Origin: a bacterium
GTDB lineage: Bacteria > UBA8248
Length of the DNA: 64,000 nt
NCBI GenBank assembly: GCA_965200245.1
Contig: CBDATS010000005.1
Coordinates: 96,001 to 160,000, forward strand
Direction: 5' to 3'
The translations under genes and the position numbers were made by a program. This document shows, in pieces, positions 35,431 to 47,025 of this stretch. Positions within the stretch are counted from its first letter, which is position 1. Each line of letters begins with the position of its first letter. Under the pieces are notes generated by a model. That model saw only the letters and a list, made by a program, of their open reading frames with translations. It searched no databases and had not been told where the DNA came from.

Positions 35431-36356
35431 TCGCGAAGCTCCCTGCCCGTCAGTTTCAGAAATAAATCCTCCAGGGTAGCGGGCCTTCTCAAAAAATCCT
35501 TCCGCCCGAATGAAACCAAATGCTCCATTACCCCTATCCCGTTGTGGCTATACAGATACAATATATCCGCAACGACTTCCGTCTTTACGGGAAGATCCCT
35601 TAACGATTCCAATAATTCTACCGAGATACCACCTTTCAATTCGTATACTTCATCCCCCACTTTTTCCTGAACCAGGGTTTGCGGTGGTCCTTCAAGAAGA
35701 AATTTTCCCTCATCCATAATGCCGATACGGTCACACATTTGCGCTGCTTCCTCCATGTAATGCGTAGTGAGGAGGATTGCCAGGCCCTGCGCCTTGAGTT
35801 CCCGGAGCCTTTGCCAGACCAGGTGTCTCGCCTGCGGATCGAGGCCTGTGGTGGGTTCATCCAGAATCACGAGTTTCGGCTCATGAATCAGTGCACGCGC
35901 GATATGGAGGCGCCTCTTCATGCCACCGGACAGAGTCTTGATTTGCGAATCCCATTTTTCTCGAAGTTGCATGAAATCCAGCAGATATTCGATGCGGGAC
36001 AATGACGCCTTTTTGGAAATGCTGAAAAATCCGGCATAGATCCAAAGGTTTTCATATACGGTCAGGTCTCGATCCAGGGTATCTTCCTGCGACACGATGC
36101 CCATTTGTGCTCGGATGAGCCGACTCTGGGTTACTACGTCTCTATCCAGCACCTTCAGCACGCCAGTATCAGGGTGGATGGCTCCATGCAGCATTTTGAT
36201 TGTCGTTGTTTTGCCTGCTCCGTTCGGGCCCAAGATCCCGAAACATTCCCCGGACGCCACCTGAAGCGAAACGCCATCGACGGCTTTAAGAGAGCCGAAA
36301 GACTTTTCGATGCCTTGAGCGTCAATCACGAGTCCAGGCAACGAAAACTCCTCCAA
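35427..36356 (-). CDS. ABC exporter ATP-binding subunit (NodI-like)
   Basis: GPNGAGKTT, LSGGMKRRL, LDEPTTGLDPQARH, TLEDLFLKLTGRELRD. Confidence 0.92.
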   Translation of the reverse strand: MEEFSLPGLVIDAQGIEKSFGSLKAVDGVSLQVASGECFGILGPNGAGKTTTIKMLHGAIHPDTGVLKVLDRDVVTQSRLIRAQMGIVSQEDTLDRDLTVYENLWIYAGFFSISKKASLSRIEYLLDFMQLREKWDSQIKTLSGGMKRRLHIARALIHEPKLVILDEPTTGLDPQARHLVWQRLRELKAQGLAILLTTHYMEEAAQMCDRIGIMDEGKFLLEGPPQTLVQEKVGDEVYELKGGISVELLESLRDLPVKTEVVADILYLYSHNGIGVMEHLVSFGRKDFLRRPATLEDLFLKLTGRELRD

Positions 36357-36367
36357 TACGAGAGGCG

Positions 36368-37618
36368 CTATAGACCACGGAGACGCTCAGCCTCTGCTAT
36401 TCTTTCAATTGCGACTATAAAAGCCGCCGTACGCAATGGCACCTGTTTTTCTTTCGCCAATTCATAAACCTCCGAGGTGGCGCGAGTCATGATTTTACCC
36501 AACTCGCGGTTCACCCGTTCTTCCTCCCATCCGAATTGCTGGATGTTCTGAACCCACTCAAAATACGAGACTGTCACGCCTCCGGAACTCGCCAATACGT
36601 CCGGGATCAACATGACGTTACCGGTTTCATTCAAAATTTCTGCTCCCCTTTCGGTAACCGGAGCATTGGCCGCTTCCAGAATTACTCGAGCTTTTACATC
36701 CCCTGCATTTCCGGCATGAATCGCGCCGCCGAGAGCCGCAGGAATCAAGATGTCCACATCCAGCGTCAACAATTTTCCGTTGGCAATCTCCTCGACCCCG
36801 TCAAGACCCTCGAGCGTTCCCGTCGCTTTTCGATGCGCCGTAGCCGCTTCGACGTCGATACCGTCACCGTTGAAGTAGGAACTCCTGCTGTTCGAGATCG
36901 CCACTACTTTCACTCCCAGTTCCTTCATAAATCTCGCAGCGTATGACCCGACATTTCCAAAACCTTGTATCGCAACCGTCATGGTTTCGGGGTTCCAGCC
37001 CTCTCTTCTGGCGAGTTCTTCATAGACCATAACTGCCCCCCGCCCGGTGGCAGCCTCACGCCCCGGAGAGCCACCCATGGCCAAAGGTTTTCCGGTAACA
37101 CAAGCTGGCGCATACCCATGCCGGCTGCTGTATTCATCGAAAATCCACGCCATCACCTGCGCATTCGTATTCACGTCGGGGGCGGGAACATCACGGTACG
37201 GTCCCAGAATGTGGTCGATGCGCGCAATGAATTTTCTGGTCAGGCGCTCCAGTTCATATATGCTGAGTTTTCTCACGTCGACGGTGATGCCGCCTTTTCC
37301 GCCGCCGAAGGGTATGTTGACCAAAGCCGTCTTCCAAGCCATCAGCGCCGAAAGGCCGCGTACTTCGTCCATGTCTACTTCGTGGTGGTAGCGGATCCCG
37401 CCCTTGAAGGGACCGCGCGCACCACTGAATTGAACACGGTAGCCCTGCCAAACGCCCAATGAGCCGTCGTCCTTGCGTATGGGGATCTCGACTTTCATTT
37501 CACGGAAAGGCGTCTTGAGCAGAAACCGCATTTCATCATCCAGTTCGATGATGTCCGCCGCTTTGTCGAATTGCGCGAGTGCGGTTTCGAATACGTTGAC
37601 CCGCTCTGGGGTAGACAT
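36368..37618 (-). CDS. gdhA: Glu/Leu/Phe/Val dehydrogenase, probably glutamate dehydrogenase
   Basis: KGGIRYH, GGGKGG, PAPDVNT, QGFGNVG, GGVTVSYFEWVQN. Confidence 0.92.
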   Translation of the reverse strand: MSTPERVNVFETALAQFDKAADIIELDDEMRFLLKTPFREMKVEIPIRKDDGSLGVWQGYRVQFSGARGPFKGGIRYHHEVDMDEVRGLSALMAWKTALVNIPFGGGKGGITVDVRKLSIYELERLTRKFIARIDHILGPYRDVPAPDVNTNAQVMAWIFDEYSSRHGYAPACVTGKPLAMGGSPGREAATGRGAVMVYEELARREGWNPETMTVAIQGFGNVGSYAARFMKELGVKVVAISNSRSSYFNGDGIDVEAATAHRKATGTLEGLDGVEEIANGKLLTLDVDILIPAALGGAIHAGNAGDVKARVILEAANAPVTERGAEILNETGNVMLIPDVLASSGGVTVSYFEWVQNIQQFGWEEERVNRELGKIMTRATSEVYELAKEKQVPLRTAAFIVAIERIAEAERLRGL

Positions 37619-37702
37619 GATGATATTCCCCCTCAAGATTCCCCTAAAGGACAGCGCTCAGGCGGCTTGACGAGAGAATTAAAAACTCGAAACGTCAGGG
37701 GT

Positions 37703-37933
37703 TCAGTGGCACGAACACATGCCTCCGCAACCGCCCCCGCCGGCCGAGTATCCACTAAAGGTCGAAGCCGACGCCGCCGCGCCGGAAGTGGATTTGGCAA
37801 ACAAGGAAAGTTTTTTGTGAACCTTCTTGGACCCACACTCAGGGCATTCCACCTGCATGGTAGCTTGCGCAGATGAAACAATGGTCTCGAAATCCTTTTC
37901 ACAGCTTCCACAAAGAAATTCATACATCGGCAT
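37703..37933 (-). CDS. FmdB-family zinc ribbon protein
   Basis: MPMYEFLCxxC...CPECGS, Cys/Gly-rich tail. Confidence 0.88.
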   Translation of the reverse strand: MPMYEFLCGSCEKDFETIVSSAQATMQVECPECGSKKVHKKLSLFAKSTSGAAASASTFSGYSAGGGGCGGMCSCH

Positions 37934-37956
37934 GACAGTTCTGGCCTCCCGGATAG

Positions 37957-38607
37957 TCAGCGCATTTCATTGGCGCGGCGCCAATCCGCCAAAAATCTCT
38001 CTAATCCGATATCCGTCAACGGGTGTTTGAGCAACTGCGCGATCACTCCGAATGGGACCGTCGCGACATCCGCCCCCATTTTCGCGGCTTCGAGCAGGTG
38101 AATCGGTGTACGTACACTGGCAACAAGCACCTCGGTGGCAAAGTCGTAATTCTCGAAAATCTGCACGATGTCACTCACCATCTGCATGCCGGGGTTCGAG
38201 ATGTCGTCCAACCGGCCCACGAAAGGGCTCACAAAAGAAGCCCCCGCCTTGGCAGCCAGCATGGCCTGTGCAGGACTGAAAATGAGGGTGACATTTGTGT
38301 TGATGTTCTCCTCGCGCATGGCCTTAACGGCACGAAGCCCATCGACACCCACCGGAACCTTCACTACGACGTTCTGGTGAATCGCAGCCAACTCACGGCC
38401 TTCTTCGACCATTTCTTTCCACTCCGTGGCGATGACCTCAGCACTCACGGGCCCGTCGACCACCTCGCATACCTCCTTGATTCTCGTGTGGTGGTCTGCA
38501 CCTTCTTTTGCGATGAGCGAGGGATTCGTCGTCACGCCGTCCAGAATGCCCGTGGACGCCGCTTCGGTGATTTCTTCGATGTTCGCCGTATCGATGAATA
38601 TTTTCAT
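37957..38607 (-). CDS. tal: Transaldolase (small FSA/TalC-type)
   Basis: [12 protein letters not shown] (Glu), VVKVP Schiff-base Lys, NVTLIF (Phe, transaldolase-type). Confidence 0.92.
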   Translation of the reverse strand: MKIFIDTANIEEITEAASTGILDGVTTNPSLIAKEGADHHTRIKEVCEVVDGPVSAEVIATEWKEMVEEGRELAAIHQNVVVKVPVGVDGLRAVKAMREENINTNVTLIFSPAQAMLAAKAGASFVSPFVGRLDDISNPGMQMVSDIVQIFENYDFATEVLVASVRTPIHLLEAAKMGADVATVPFGVIAQLLKHPLTDIGLERFLADWRRANEMR

Positions 38608-38784
38608 ACTCTCTCCCGCCGGACGTATCAATTCCATCCCACAGGGCTGCGCCCCGCTACCTCGAAGATTACGCCACTGTGCCCAAATGTCAACATGGCG
38701 GGTGGTGAGTTCATGCAGGGAAAGCAGAACATCCAGCGTGTTGGTTCTTGAAGTGGTTTATCACCTGGATTGAGCGAATGTGCG

Positions 38785-39057
38785 TTAATTTTCCGCTCCG
38801 GGCGGGCCGCCTCTTTCTGCAAACTGTTTTGCGCAGTCAGCACTGCAGAATGAATGCCTGCCGCCGCCTGCGCGCTTCGTAATCGCAATGTGCGAGGGAA
38901 AAAACGTCGCACACTCTGGGCAGTTCAGCATTTCATCATCCAGGCCGCCCTCGGCTTCTCGGTTTTTCTGCGCCGAGTTCCCTGAACCGGTAAACAGACT
39001 GCGCACAAGATAAATTATCAGCCACGATAAAACCAGATAAAAAATGAATCGTAACAT
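38785..39057 (-). CDS. Small membrane-anchored Cys-rich protein (PP0621/TRASH-like)
   Basis: N-terminal TM helix, CxxC ... FCSxxC. Confidence 0.75.
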   Translation of the reverse strand: MLRFIFYLVLSWLIIYLVRSLFTGSGNSAQKNREAEGGLDDEMLNCPECATFFPSHIAITKRAGGGRHSFCSADCAKQFAERGGPPGAEN

Positions 39058-39133
39058 TGGAGCAGGCCTCACGAGATGCGGCGAGGATCTCGGAAAACGC
39101 CACTTTACACCCTGGATAGCCGGATGGGAATCG

Positions 39134-42100
39134 CTAGGCGAGCGCGTTCGCGTGGTAATCCTGTAAGGCGCGCACCGAATACTCGTTTTCGCGCAGAATA
39201 CGTATCGCGCGTATGGCCGCCTGTCCTGCGGCGAGTGTGGTGCAGTAGAAGATATTGCGCAAAAGCGCCGTTCTGCGGATGGAATAGCTGTCCCGTATCG
39301 ACTGCTTGCCCGAGGTAGTATTGAGTACGAACTGCACCTTCCCTGCTTCCATCTGCTCCACGATATGGCCCGGCTCGCCGTCTATCACCTTGTGCACGAA
39401 ATCCGCTTCAACCCCGTTCGCCATGAGCGCTGTTCTCGTGCCCGCCGTGGCCACGAGGGAAAAGCCCAGTTCGACGAGCTGCTGCGCCAAGGGGATGATG
39501 GCCGCCTTATCCTCGGCGCGCACGGAGATGAACGCACGCCCCGAAAGCGGAAGAATGGAGCCCGCCCCCTCCTGCGCCTTGAGATAGGCCGTCGGGAAAT
39601 CCGCTCCCATCCCCATCACCTCGCCGGTGGATTTCATCTCGGGTCCCAGGATCACGTCGACTCCGGGAAATTTCTTGAAAGGAAACACCGCTTCTTTCAC
39701 GCCGAAATGGCGCGGCTCTGCGTCGTGATCGCAACCCAGTGATCGCAGCGTCTCGCCCGCCATTACACGGGCGGCAATCTTGGCGAAGGGCGCGCCGACC
39801 ACCTTGCTCACGTAGGGCACGGTACGGCTCGCGCGCGGGTTTACCTCCAGGATAAATACCTGGCGCTTGTGGACCGCGAACTGGACATTGTTGAGGCCCA
39901 GGACGTTCAGGGATTTCGCCAGAATCCTCGTCTGGCGCTTGATCTCCTCCACGATATCGGGACCAAGCGTGTAGGGAGGAATGGAACACGCCGAATCGCC
40001 GCTGTGGATCCCCGCTTCCTCAATGTGTTCCATCACGCCCGCGACGACGACATTCTCCCCGTCCGAGACCGCATCCACGTCCACTTCCACGGCGTCTTCC
40101 AGGAACCTGTCAATGAGCACGGGCCGTTCGGCAGAGGCGCGGACGGCATCACTCATATAGGCGGAGAGTTCCTCCGCGTCATGCACAAGCGCCATGGCGC
40201 GGCCTCCGAGCACATAGCTGGGCCGCATGAGCACAGGATAGCCAATGGCGTTCGCAATCGCGAGCGCGTCTTCGGTGCTCGTGGCCGTGCCCGAGGGCGG
40301 CTGGGTGAGATGGAGCTTTTTGAGTAGATCGCTGAAGCGCTCCCTGTCTTCGGTCAAGTCAATGCTCTCGGGCGAAGTGCCCAGAATCGGCACGCCCGCT
40401 TCCTTGAGGGCCAGAGCGAGCTTGAGCGGTGTTTGGCCGCCGAACTGCACGATCACGCCGCGTGGCTTTTCGCGGTGGACGATCTCGAGCACATCCTCGA
40501 GGGTCAAGGGCTCGAAATAGAGCCTGTCGCTCGTATCGTAATCCGTGCTCACCGTCTCGGGGTTGCAGTTCACCATGATGGCCTCAAAGCCCGCCTCCGC
40601 AAGCGCCATTACGGCGTGTACACAGCAGTAGTCGAACTCGATGCCCTGCCCGATACGGTTAGGACCGCCACCCAGGATGATTATCTTCTCACGCTCGGTC
40701 GGCGGCGCCTCGTCTTCCTCCTCATAGGTGGAATAGAGATAGGGCGTATGGGCCTCGAACTCCGCAGCGCAGGTATCCACCTGCTTGTAGACGGGACGAA
40801 TGCCCATGCGATGCCTCACCGTGCGAACCACCGCCTCTTTCACGCCCTGCCGTCGGGCGATCTCCAAATCACTGAAGCCGTTTTGCTTCAAGAATCTGAG
40901 TGAGACCTCATCCTCCAGAAGACCAGGCGCAGCGATATATTCTTCCATATCGACGAGTTGCGTCAGATGTGCAAGGAACCAGGGGTCGACGCCGGAGGCG
41001 CGGTAAATCTCATCTTCGCTCATTCCCTCTCTGAACGCGCGAGCGATGGTCCAGAGACGATCAGGGCCGGGGATTCTCAACCCTTCCAAAATCAGCTCCT
41101 TGCGCTCATTTCTGGATAATTCCTCCAACTCTCCAGGCTTGGGATCCGCCAAGCCGTAGCGGTCGATCTCAAGCGAGCGCACAGCCTTCATGAGCGATTC
41201 GCGGAACGTCCTGCCGATTGACATCACCTCCCCTATCGAACGCATCTGCGTATCGAGGACTGGGGGCGTCTCGGGGAATTTCTCGAATGTAAAGCGCGGC
41301 ATCTTCGTGACGCAATAGTCGATGGATGGCTCGAACGAGGCGGGCGTCTGACGCGTGATGTCGTTCGGTATCTCATCAAGCGTGAGGCCGACAGCAAGTT
41401 TCGCGGCAATCTTGGCGATGGGAAAACCCGTAGCTTTGCTCGCGAGTGCAGAACTTCTCGACACGCGCGGGTTCATCTCGATAACGACCATGCGCCCGTC
41501 TGTGGGACTCAAGCCGAACTGGATGTTTGAGCCGCCGCACTCGACCCCAACTTTCCGTATGCAGGCGATGGCCGCGTCCCGCATTTTCTGGTACTCGCGG
41601 TCCGAGAGCGTCTGCGCAGGAGCAACGGTAATGGAGTCGCCCGTGTGGACGCCCATGGGGTCGAAATTCTCGATGGAACAGATGATGGAGACGTTGTCCT
41701 TCAGGTCGCGCATCACCTCGAGTTCGAATTCCTTCCAGCCCAGGATGCTTTCCTCGAGCAGCACCTGAGCCACCGGGCTTTCAGAGATCGCCCAGGCAAG
41801 TTTTTCCTCAAACTCATCCTCAGTGAATGCCACCGCCCCACCCGAACCGCCTAGCGTGAAGGCAGGGCGCAGGATGATCGGGAAGCCAATCCCGCGTGCC
41901 GCCTTCCAGCCCTCGCTCATCGTGTTGACGACCTCGCTGTGGGGGAGATCAAGACCTATTTCGCGCATCGCCTTCTTGAATAGATCCCTGTCTTCCGCGC
42001 AGCGGATGGCAGGCAGCTTCGCCCCAATCAGTTCAACGCCCAGTGTGTCGAGGGTGCCATTCTCCGCCAGGGCCACCGCCGTGTTCAGTCCCGTCTGGCC

Positions 42101-42373
42101 GCCCATGGTGGGCAGCAACGCGTCGGGACGTTCTTTCTTGATGATCTCCTCCACCACTCTCGGCGTAATGGGCTCGACGTAGGTGGCGTCGGCCATCTCG
42201 GGGTCGGTCATGATGGTGGCGGGGTTCGAGTTTACCAACACCACCTCGTAGCCCTCCTCTCGAAGGGCCTTGCACGCCTGAGCGCCCGAATAGTCGAACT
42301 CGCAGGCCTGGCCGATGATGATGGGCCCAGAACCAATGATCAGTATTTTCGCTATGTCCGTTCTTTTCGGCAT
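39134..42373 (-). CDS. carB: Carbamoyl-phosphate synthase large subunit
   Basis: [17 protein letters not shown], duplicated ATP-grasp domains, MGS domain. Confidence 0.98.
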   Translation of the reverse strand: MPKRTDIAKILIIGSGPIIIGQACEFDYSGAQACKALREEGYEVVLVNSNPATIMTDPEMADATYVEPITPRVVEEIIKKERPDALLPTMGGQTGLNTAVALAENGTLDTLGVELIGAKLPAIRCAEDRDLFKKAMREIGLDLPHSEVVNTMSEGWKAARGIGFPIILRPAFTLGGSGGAVAFTEDEFEEKLAWAISESPVAQVLLEESILGWKEFELEVMRDLKDNVSIICSIENFDPMGVHTGDSITVAPAQTLSDREYQKMRDAAIACIRKVGVECGGSNIQFGLSPTDGRMVVIEMNPRVSRSSALASKATGFPIAKIAAKLAVGLTLDEIPNDITRQTPASFEPSIDYCVTKMPRFTFEKFPETPPVLDTQMRSIGEVMSIGRTFRESLMKAVRSLEIDRYGLADPKPGELEELSRNERKELILEGLRIPGPDRLWTIARAFREGMSEDEIYRASGVDPWFLAHLTQLVDMEEYIAAPGLLEDEVSLRFLKQNGFSDLEIARRQGVKEAVVRTVRHRMGIRPVYKQVDTCAAEFEAHTPYLYSTYEEEDEAPPTEREKIIILGGGPNRIGQGIEFDYCCVHAVMALAEAGFEAIMVNCNPETVSTDYDTSDRLYFEPLTLEDVLEIVHREKPRGVIVQFGGQTPLKLALALKEAGVPILGTSPESIDLTEDRERFSDLLKKLHLTQPPSGTATSTEDALAIANAIGYPVLMRPSYVLGGRAMALVHDAEELSAYMSDAVRASAERPVLIDRFLEDAVEVDVDAVSDGENVVVAGVMEHIEEAGIHSGDSACSIPPYTLGPDIVEEIKRQTRILAKSLNVLGLNNVQFAVHKRQVFILEVNPRASRTVPYVSKVVGAPFAKIAARVMAGETLRSLGCDHDAEPRHFGVKEAVFPFKKFPGVDVILGPEMKSTGEVMGMGADFPTAYLKAQEGAGSILPLSGRAFISVRAEDKAAIIPLAQQLVELGFSLVATAGTRTALMANGVEADFVHKVIDGEPGHIVEQMEAGKVQFVLNTTSGKQSIRDSYSIRRTALLRNIFYCTTLAAGQAAIRAIRILRENEYSVRALQDYHANALA

Positions 42374-42473
42374 GAATCAGGCCACTCACTCAATAAGGAT
42401 AAATATGGGACGTTTTATATTCTTGTTGATCCGGTAATGTATTGCCCCTCTCAGCAATCCGTCGCGCGCACGT

Positions 42474-43565
42474 TCACTCTCCCACGCAGAAACTGAAGAA
42501 TTCATCGAACAGCACGCCCGCATCATGCGGACCGGGACAGGCCTCGGGGTGGTACTGCACGCTGAACACTTTGGGGGATTCGGACTTGAGTCCCTCACAA
42601 GTCCGGTCGTTCAGAGAAGAATGCGTCACCGCCACACCGGCGGGCAAGCTCTCCGGGTCCACAGCGAAGGAATGATTCTGCGAGGTGATGTCCACCTTTT
42701 TCGTGCTCAAATCCTGAACGGGATGGTTCGCCCCGTGGTGGCCAAACTTGAGCTTGTACGTCCTGCCGCCTAGCGCCTGCGCGAGAATCTGATGGCCGAG
42801 ACAAATCCCCACGATGGGAACCCGGCCCATCATGCTTCTGACGTTCTCGACAACATAACCCAGAGCAGCAGGATCTCCCGGGCCGTTCGAGAGGAAAACG
42901 GCGGCAGGCCTCCTTGCCAGCACGCTCTCGGCGGTCTCGGCCGCTGGCACGATTTCCAGATCGAAGCGCTCCCCGAGTTCCCGGAAAATGTTGTCCTTCG
43001 CTCCCAGGTCATAGGCCACGCAAAGCGGGCGGCCCTTACGCTCGCCGTAAGCGTGCGCGGCCTCACAAGTCACGTCGCGCACCATGTCGCGCCCATCCAG
43101 CCCCGGACTCGCCTTGGCGCGTTCAATGAGATTTGCCTCGTTGAGGTCGGTGGATGAGAGCACCGCCTTGAGCGCGCCCGCCTCGCGGACATGACGCGTG
43201 AGCGCACGCGTGTCCACGCCCTCGATGCCGGGAACACCCTGTTTCCGGAGATAGGAATCCATGTCCTCGTTCGCCCGAAAGTTGCTGTGCCGCCTGCAGA
43301 CCTCCTTGACGATGAACGCCTCGACCCAGACGTGGCGAGATTCTTCATCACCCGGTATGACGCCGTAGTTCCCGATGTGGGGATAGGTCATTACCACCAT
43401 CTGGCCCCGGTAGGAGGGATCCGTGAGCACCTCCTGGTAGCCCGTCATTGCCGTGTTGAAGACGATTTCGCCTTCTGCATCCGCGTCGGCTCCGAAACTC
43501 ACGCCCCGGAAGACTATGCCGTCTTCCAAGGCCAGTATTGCCGGTTTGACTTTTCGTCCCCTCAT
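42474..43565 (-). CDS. carA: Carbamoyl-phosphate synthase small subunit
   Basis: FNTAMTGYQE, SNGPGDP, GICLGHQ, QYHPEA. Confidence 0.98.
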   Translation of the reverse strand: MRGRKVKPAILALEDGIVFRGVSFGADADAEGEIVFNTAMTGYQEVLTDPSYRGQMVVMTYPHIGNYGVIPGDEESRHVWVEAFIVKEVCRRHSNFRANEDMDSYLRKQGVPGIEGVDTRALTRHVREAGALKAVLSSTDLNEANLIERAKASPGLDGRDMVRDVTCEAAHAYGERKGRPLCVAYDLGAKDNIFRELGERFDLEIVPAAETAESVLARRPAAVFLSNGPGDPAALGYVVENVRSMMGRVPIVGICLGHQILAQALGGRTYKLKFGHHGANHPVQDLSTKKVDITSQNHSFAVDPESLPAGVAVTHSSLNDRTCEGLKSESPKVFSVQYHPEACPGPHDAGVLFDEFFSFCVGE

Positions 43566-44884
43566 GTGGTGAGCGCCTCCTGCACGGAGATTTTCATTTC
43601 ACCCTCAATCCTGCTCATCCGCACGCTCCCACCCACGATGGTGGCGACAGCGCAGCCCTTGAGCTTCCAGCCCGCGAAGGGCGTATTCCTGCCGTAGCTC
43701 TCGAAAGTTTCGGGGTCGACGAGGACTTCGCGCTCGGGGTCCAGGATCGTCACATCGCCCGGAGCGCCTTCTCTCAACGTACCGTAGGGCAGGCCCAGCA
43801 CCTCGCACGGCCCCGTGGTGAACTTGGCGATCATCTCGGACAGGGTGAAAACACCCCCGCCCACGAGTTTGTCCAGTGCGAGCGATACGGTCGTCTCCAG
43901 CCCCACGATCCCGAACGGCACAGCATCGAACTCCCTTTGGATCTCGGCCTCGTAGTGCGGTGCGTGGTCCGAGGCGATAACGGAAATCGTACCGTCTTTC
44001 AAGCCTTCCAGCAGAGCCTGCCGGCTCGCCTCACCACGCAGGGGAGGCGCCATCTTGGCCGAGGAGTTGAAGTCCAGTATCACCTCGTCGGTGAGAGAGA
44101 AATGATGCGGTGTCACCTCGGCCGTCACACGGATCCCGCGCGCCTGCGCCCACCGTACCAAGTCCACTGCGCCCGCGGAGGTAATATGCAGAATGTGGAG
44201 CCTGCCCCCCGTCAGTTCGGCGAGACGGATGTCGCGATGTACACAGATGTCCTCGCTCGCCGCCGGGTTTCCCGCAAGGCCAAGCAAGGTGGAAACCGCT
44301 CCCTCGTTCATTACCCTGGCTCCGGAGAGCGAGAGATCCTCCGCGTGGTCGAGTACGCTGACCCCGAGCATTCCGGCGTATTCGAGAGCTGATCGCATCA
44401 GTGCAGCTGTCTTGACAGGTACGCCGTCGTCACTGAAAGCCACTGCACCCGCCTCCATCTGCTCGGCCATCTCGGTCAACTCCTCGCCTTCGAGACCCAC
44501 CGAAACCGAGCCGATGGGGAACACGCGGCAGGCACCCACTTCGCGCGCACGTTTCAGGATGCGCTCGGTGATGGAACTCGTATCGTTCACCGGGTCCGTG
44601 TTCGCCATACACGCCACGCCCGTGAAACCGCCTGCAGCAGCGGCGCGGGTACCACTCTCGATATCTTCCTTGTACTCCTGCCCCGGTTCCCGAAAATGGA
44701 CGTGCATATCGATGAAACCGGGGGCCACGACAAGTCCTTCTGCGTCGATAATCTCATCCCCGCTGCGCGGCAATATGCTCTTTCTCCTGTGGGCGACTTT
44801 TCCCTCCTCGATCAGTATGTCGCATATCTGATCGACACCATCCGCGGGGTCGATGAGGCGCCCTCCCCTAATGAGCAACGGCAT
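43562..44884 (-). CDS. pyrC: Dihydroorotase (type I)
   Basis: [28 protein letters not shown]. Confidence 0.96.
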   Translation of the reverse strand: MPLLIRGGRLIDPADGVDQICDILIEEGKVAHRRKSILPRSGDEIIDAEGLVVAPGFIDMHVHFREPGQEYKEDIESGTRAAAAGGFTGVACMANTDPVNDTSSITERILKRAREVGACRVFPIGSVSVGLEGEELTEMAEQMEAGAVAFSDDGVPVKTAALMRSALEYAGMLGVSVLDHAEDLSLSGARVMNEGAVSTLLGLAGNPAASEDICVHRDIRLAELTGGRLHILHITSAGAVDLVRWAQARGIRVTAEVTPHHFSLTDEVILDFNSSAKMAPPLRGEASRQALLEGLKDGTISVIASDHAPHYEAEIQREFDAVPFGIVGLETTVSLALDKLVGGGVFTLSEMIAKFTTGPCEVLGLPYGTLREGAPGDVTILDPEREVLVDPETFESYGRNTPFAGWKLKGCAVATIVGGSVRMSRIEGEMKISVQEALTT

Positions 44885-45884
44885 TTCTCACCTCCTTGCG
44901 CAATTTGCCGGATACTGCGGCGTCCGCCTCTTTCGGGGCAGCGTCCTCCTCCTCATCCCGTTTCAACGACAGGAGATAGAGGATTGCCATCCGGCAGGCG
45001 ACGCCGTATTCGACCTGCTCCAGGATGACGGAGAACGGCCCGTCGGCCACGTCAGGTGACATTTCCACGCCCCGGTTGATGGGCCCAGGGTGCATAATGA
45101 GCAGATCGCGCTTCGCCCCCTGTAGCTTCTTCTTGGTGATCCCGTAGGTACTGGCGTACTCGCGCGCGCTGGGGAAGGCACTCCCTGCGCCTCTTTCCAA
45201 CTGGATTCTGAGGGCGATGAGCACGTCCGCCCCGTCGATTGCCTCATCGATCCTCGTCGTCACGCGTGCGCCCAGGCAGTCCACTTCGGCGGGCAGCATC
45301 GTGGAAGGACCGCAAAAGGTGACGTTTGCACCCAGTTTCAGGAGGCCAGCCACGTTCGAGCGCGCCACGCGGCTGTGCGCAATGTCGCCCACGATAGAAA
45401 CGTTCAGCCCCTCGAATCTCTTCTTGTGTTCCCTGATGGTGTAGAAATCGAGCAGCGCCTGCGTGGGGTGTTCGTGACAGCCGTCCCCCGCATTCACCAC
45501 GGCGCAATCGAGTTCCCGGCCCAGATAGGCGGGCGCGCCCGACGCCCAGTGCCGGACGACGAGCACATCGGTCGCCATGGCTTCGATGTTCCTCGCCGTG
45601 TCGCGCAGGGTTTCGCCCTTGGTCGCCGAACTCGTGGAAACAGAAAGGTTGATGACGTCCGCCGAAAGGCGCTTGCCCGCGATCTCGAACGAAGCACGCG
45701 TGCGCGTGCTGTTCTCGAAAAACAGGTTGACGATGGTCTTTCCCCTCAAGGTCGGCACTTTCTTGATGTCGCGCTCGTTGATCTCACGAAACGAGTCGGT
45801 CTGATCGAGAAGAAAGGTTATTTCTTCGGGTGCAAGCTCTCGAATCGAGAGCAGATCCTTTCTACGGTAGGCTTCCAAGCTCAT
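44868..45884 (-). CDS. pyrB: Aspartate carbamoyltransferase
   Basis: [28 protein letters not shown]. Confidence 0.97.
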   Translation of the reverse strand: MSLEAYRRKDLLSIRELAPEEITFLLDQTDSFREINERDIKKVPTLRGKTIVNLFFENSTRTRASFEIAGKRLSADVINLSVSTSSATKGETLRDTARNIEAMATDVLVVRHWASGAPAYLGRELDCAVVNAGDGCHEHPTQALLDFYTIREHKKRFEGLNVSIVGDIAHSRVARSNVAGLLKLGANVTFCGPSTMLPAEVDCLGARVTTRIDEAIDGADVLIALRIQLERGAGSAFPSAREYASTYGITKKKLQGAKRDLLIMHPGPINRGVEMSPDVADGPFSVILEQVEYGVACRMAILYLLSLKRDEEEDAAPKEADAAVSGKLRKEVRNAVAH

Positions 45885-45925
45885 GTGATTTCCCCTCCCT
45901 GTAACGCCCCTGGATCCGGGGACGC

Positions 45926-46450
45926 TTATCGTCTGAAAACGGCGTCCTGCCCGTCGGTTTCCTTGAGATGCACCCGCACCTCCTCAGGATGGACCGCTTC
46001 GATGTTCTTCCCCACAAAATCGGCGCGAATCGGCAGTTCGCGTCCTCCCCTGTCTACCAGAATGGCGAGCCGCACCCTGCGGGGCCTGCCGAAGCCCATG
46101 AGCGCAGCCAGGGCGGCGCGTACCGTGCGACCCGTATAGAGCACATCGTCGACCAAAACGACATTCTTGCCCTCGCACGAGAAGGGAAGGTCCGTCTTCT
46201 TGAGGCCGGTTCTCATCCCTCCTCCATAGTTCAGATCGTCACGGTAGAGCGTCACATCAAGCGCTCCCACGAGCGGGCGCACACCTACCAGAGACTGGAT
46301 CTCCTCTGCCAGCCTTTCCGCGAGAGGTGCACCCCTTGTGCGAATGCCGATGAACACCAAATCAGAGAGATCGGCCGTTCTCTCCAGAATTTCATGCGAA
46401 AGGCGCCTCAGTGTACGCCTCAGTTGTTCGGCGTCGAGTTGCTGCTTCAT
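45926..46450 (-). CDS. pyrR: Pyrimidine operon attenuation protein / UPRTase
   Basis: [33 protein letters not shown]. Confidence 0.96.
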   Translation of the reverse strand: MKQQLDAEQLRRTLRRLSHEILERTADLSDLVFIGIRTRGAPLAERLAEEIQSLVGVRPLVGALDVTLYRDDLNYGGGMRTGLKKTDLPFSCEGKNVVLVDDVLYTGRTVRAALAALMGFGRPRRVRLAILVDRGGRELPIRADFVGKNIEAVHPEEVRVHLKETDGQDAVFRR

Positions 46451-46495
46451 CCAGACCGAATCCGGCGTCCGGGCGACGGTACATCGAAAGGGCAC

Positions 46496-46526
46496 AAAAA
46501 AAACTCCATGCCCACAGGGCATGGAA
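46496..46526 (-). terminator. pyr attenuator terminator
   Basis: UUCCAUGCCC-UGU-GGGCAUGGAG followed by a U tract, before pyrR. Confidence 0.85.
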
Positions 46527-46571
46527 TCCGACAATCAAGCGTATATATGGATACGGCAATCATGTGTGTTT

Positions 46572-46607
46572 CCTCCTTCGCCGCCTCACTGGACAGCATT
46601 AAAGGGG
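46572..46607 (-). promoter_or_regulatory. PyrR-binding RNA element
   Basis: CCUUUAA-UGCU-GUCCAGUGAGGC-GGCG-AAGG matches the PyrR binding loop consensus. Confidence 0.85.
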
Positions 46608-46701
46608 AATCTCTGAATCAGCAGTTCATTTCAGCCCGGTGATATACGACGGGCCATTTCCGGCAAACTAGCAGTCTTCCCGGCAAAGAGCAAGAGACGA
46701 A

Positions 46702-47016
46702 TCAGGCGCGTTTCAAAAAATCAAGCGTCCTGCCCGATCGTGCCTCCTTTTCTTCTGGTGCGTGAGCCGTTTCCTCCAGAATTTCGAACAAACCGGATGC
46801 TTCTTTTTTCGACAAATTGCGCCTCGCCTCCGCAATCACCCGGATGCGCAGAGTCTTGTTCTCGAGTCTGAGACTCAGGACGTCCCCGATTTCCACCTGA
46901 GAGGAAGCTTTGGCCGTTTTCCCTTCGATTCCCACAGCACCCGCATCCACGAGGCTCCTGGCGAGAGGACGCCGCTTGGCCAGGCGACTATAGCGCAAAA
47001 ACTGGTCGAGGCGCAT
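46702..47016 (-). CDS. S4-domain RNA-binding protein (Hsp15/RqcP-like)
   Basis: MRLDQFL..SRL.KRR..A, KAS..V..GD. Confidence 0.88.
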   Translation of the reverse strand: MRLDQFLRYSRLAKRRPLARSLVDAGAVGIEGKTAKASSQVEIGDVLSLRLENKTLRIRVIAEARRNLSKKEASGLFEILEETAHAPEEKEARSGRTLDFLKRA

Positions 47017-47025
47017 CTTGTTTCG

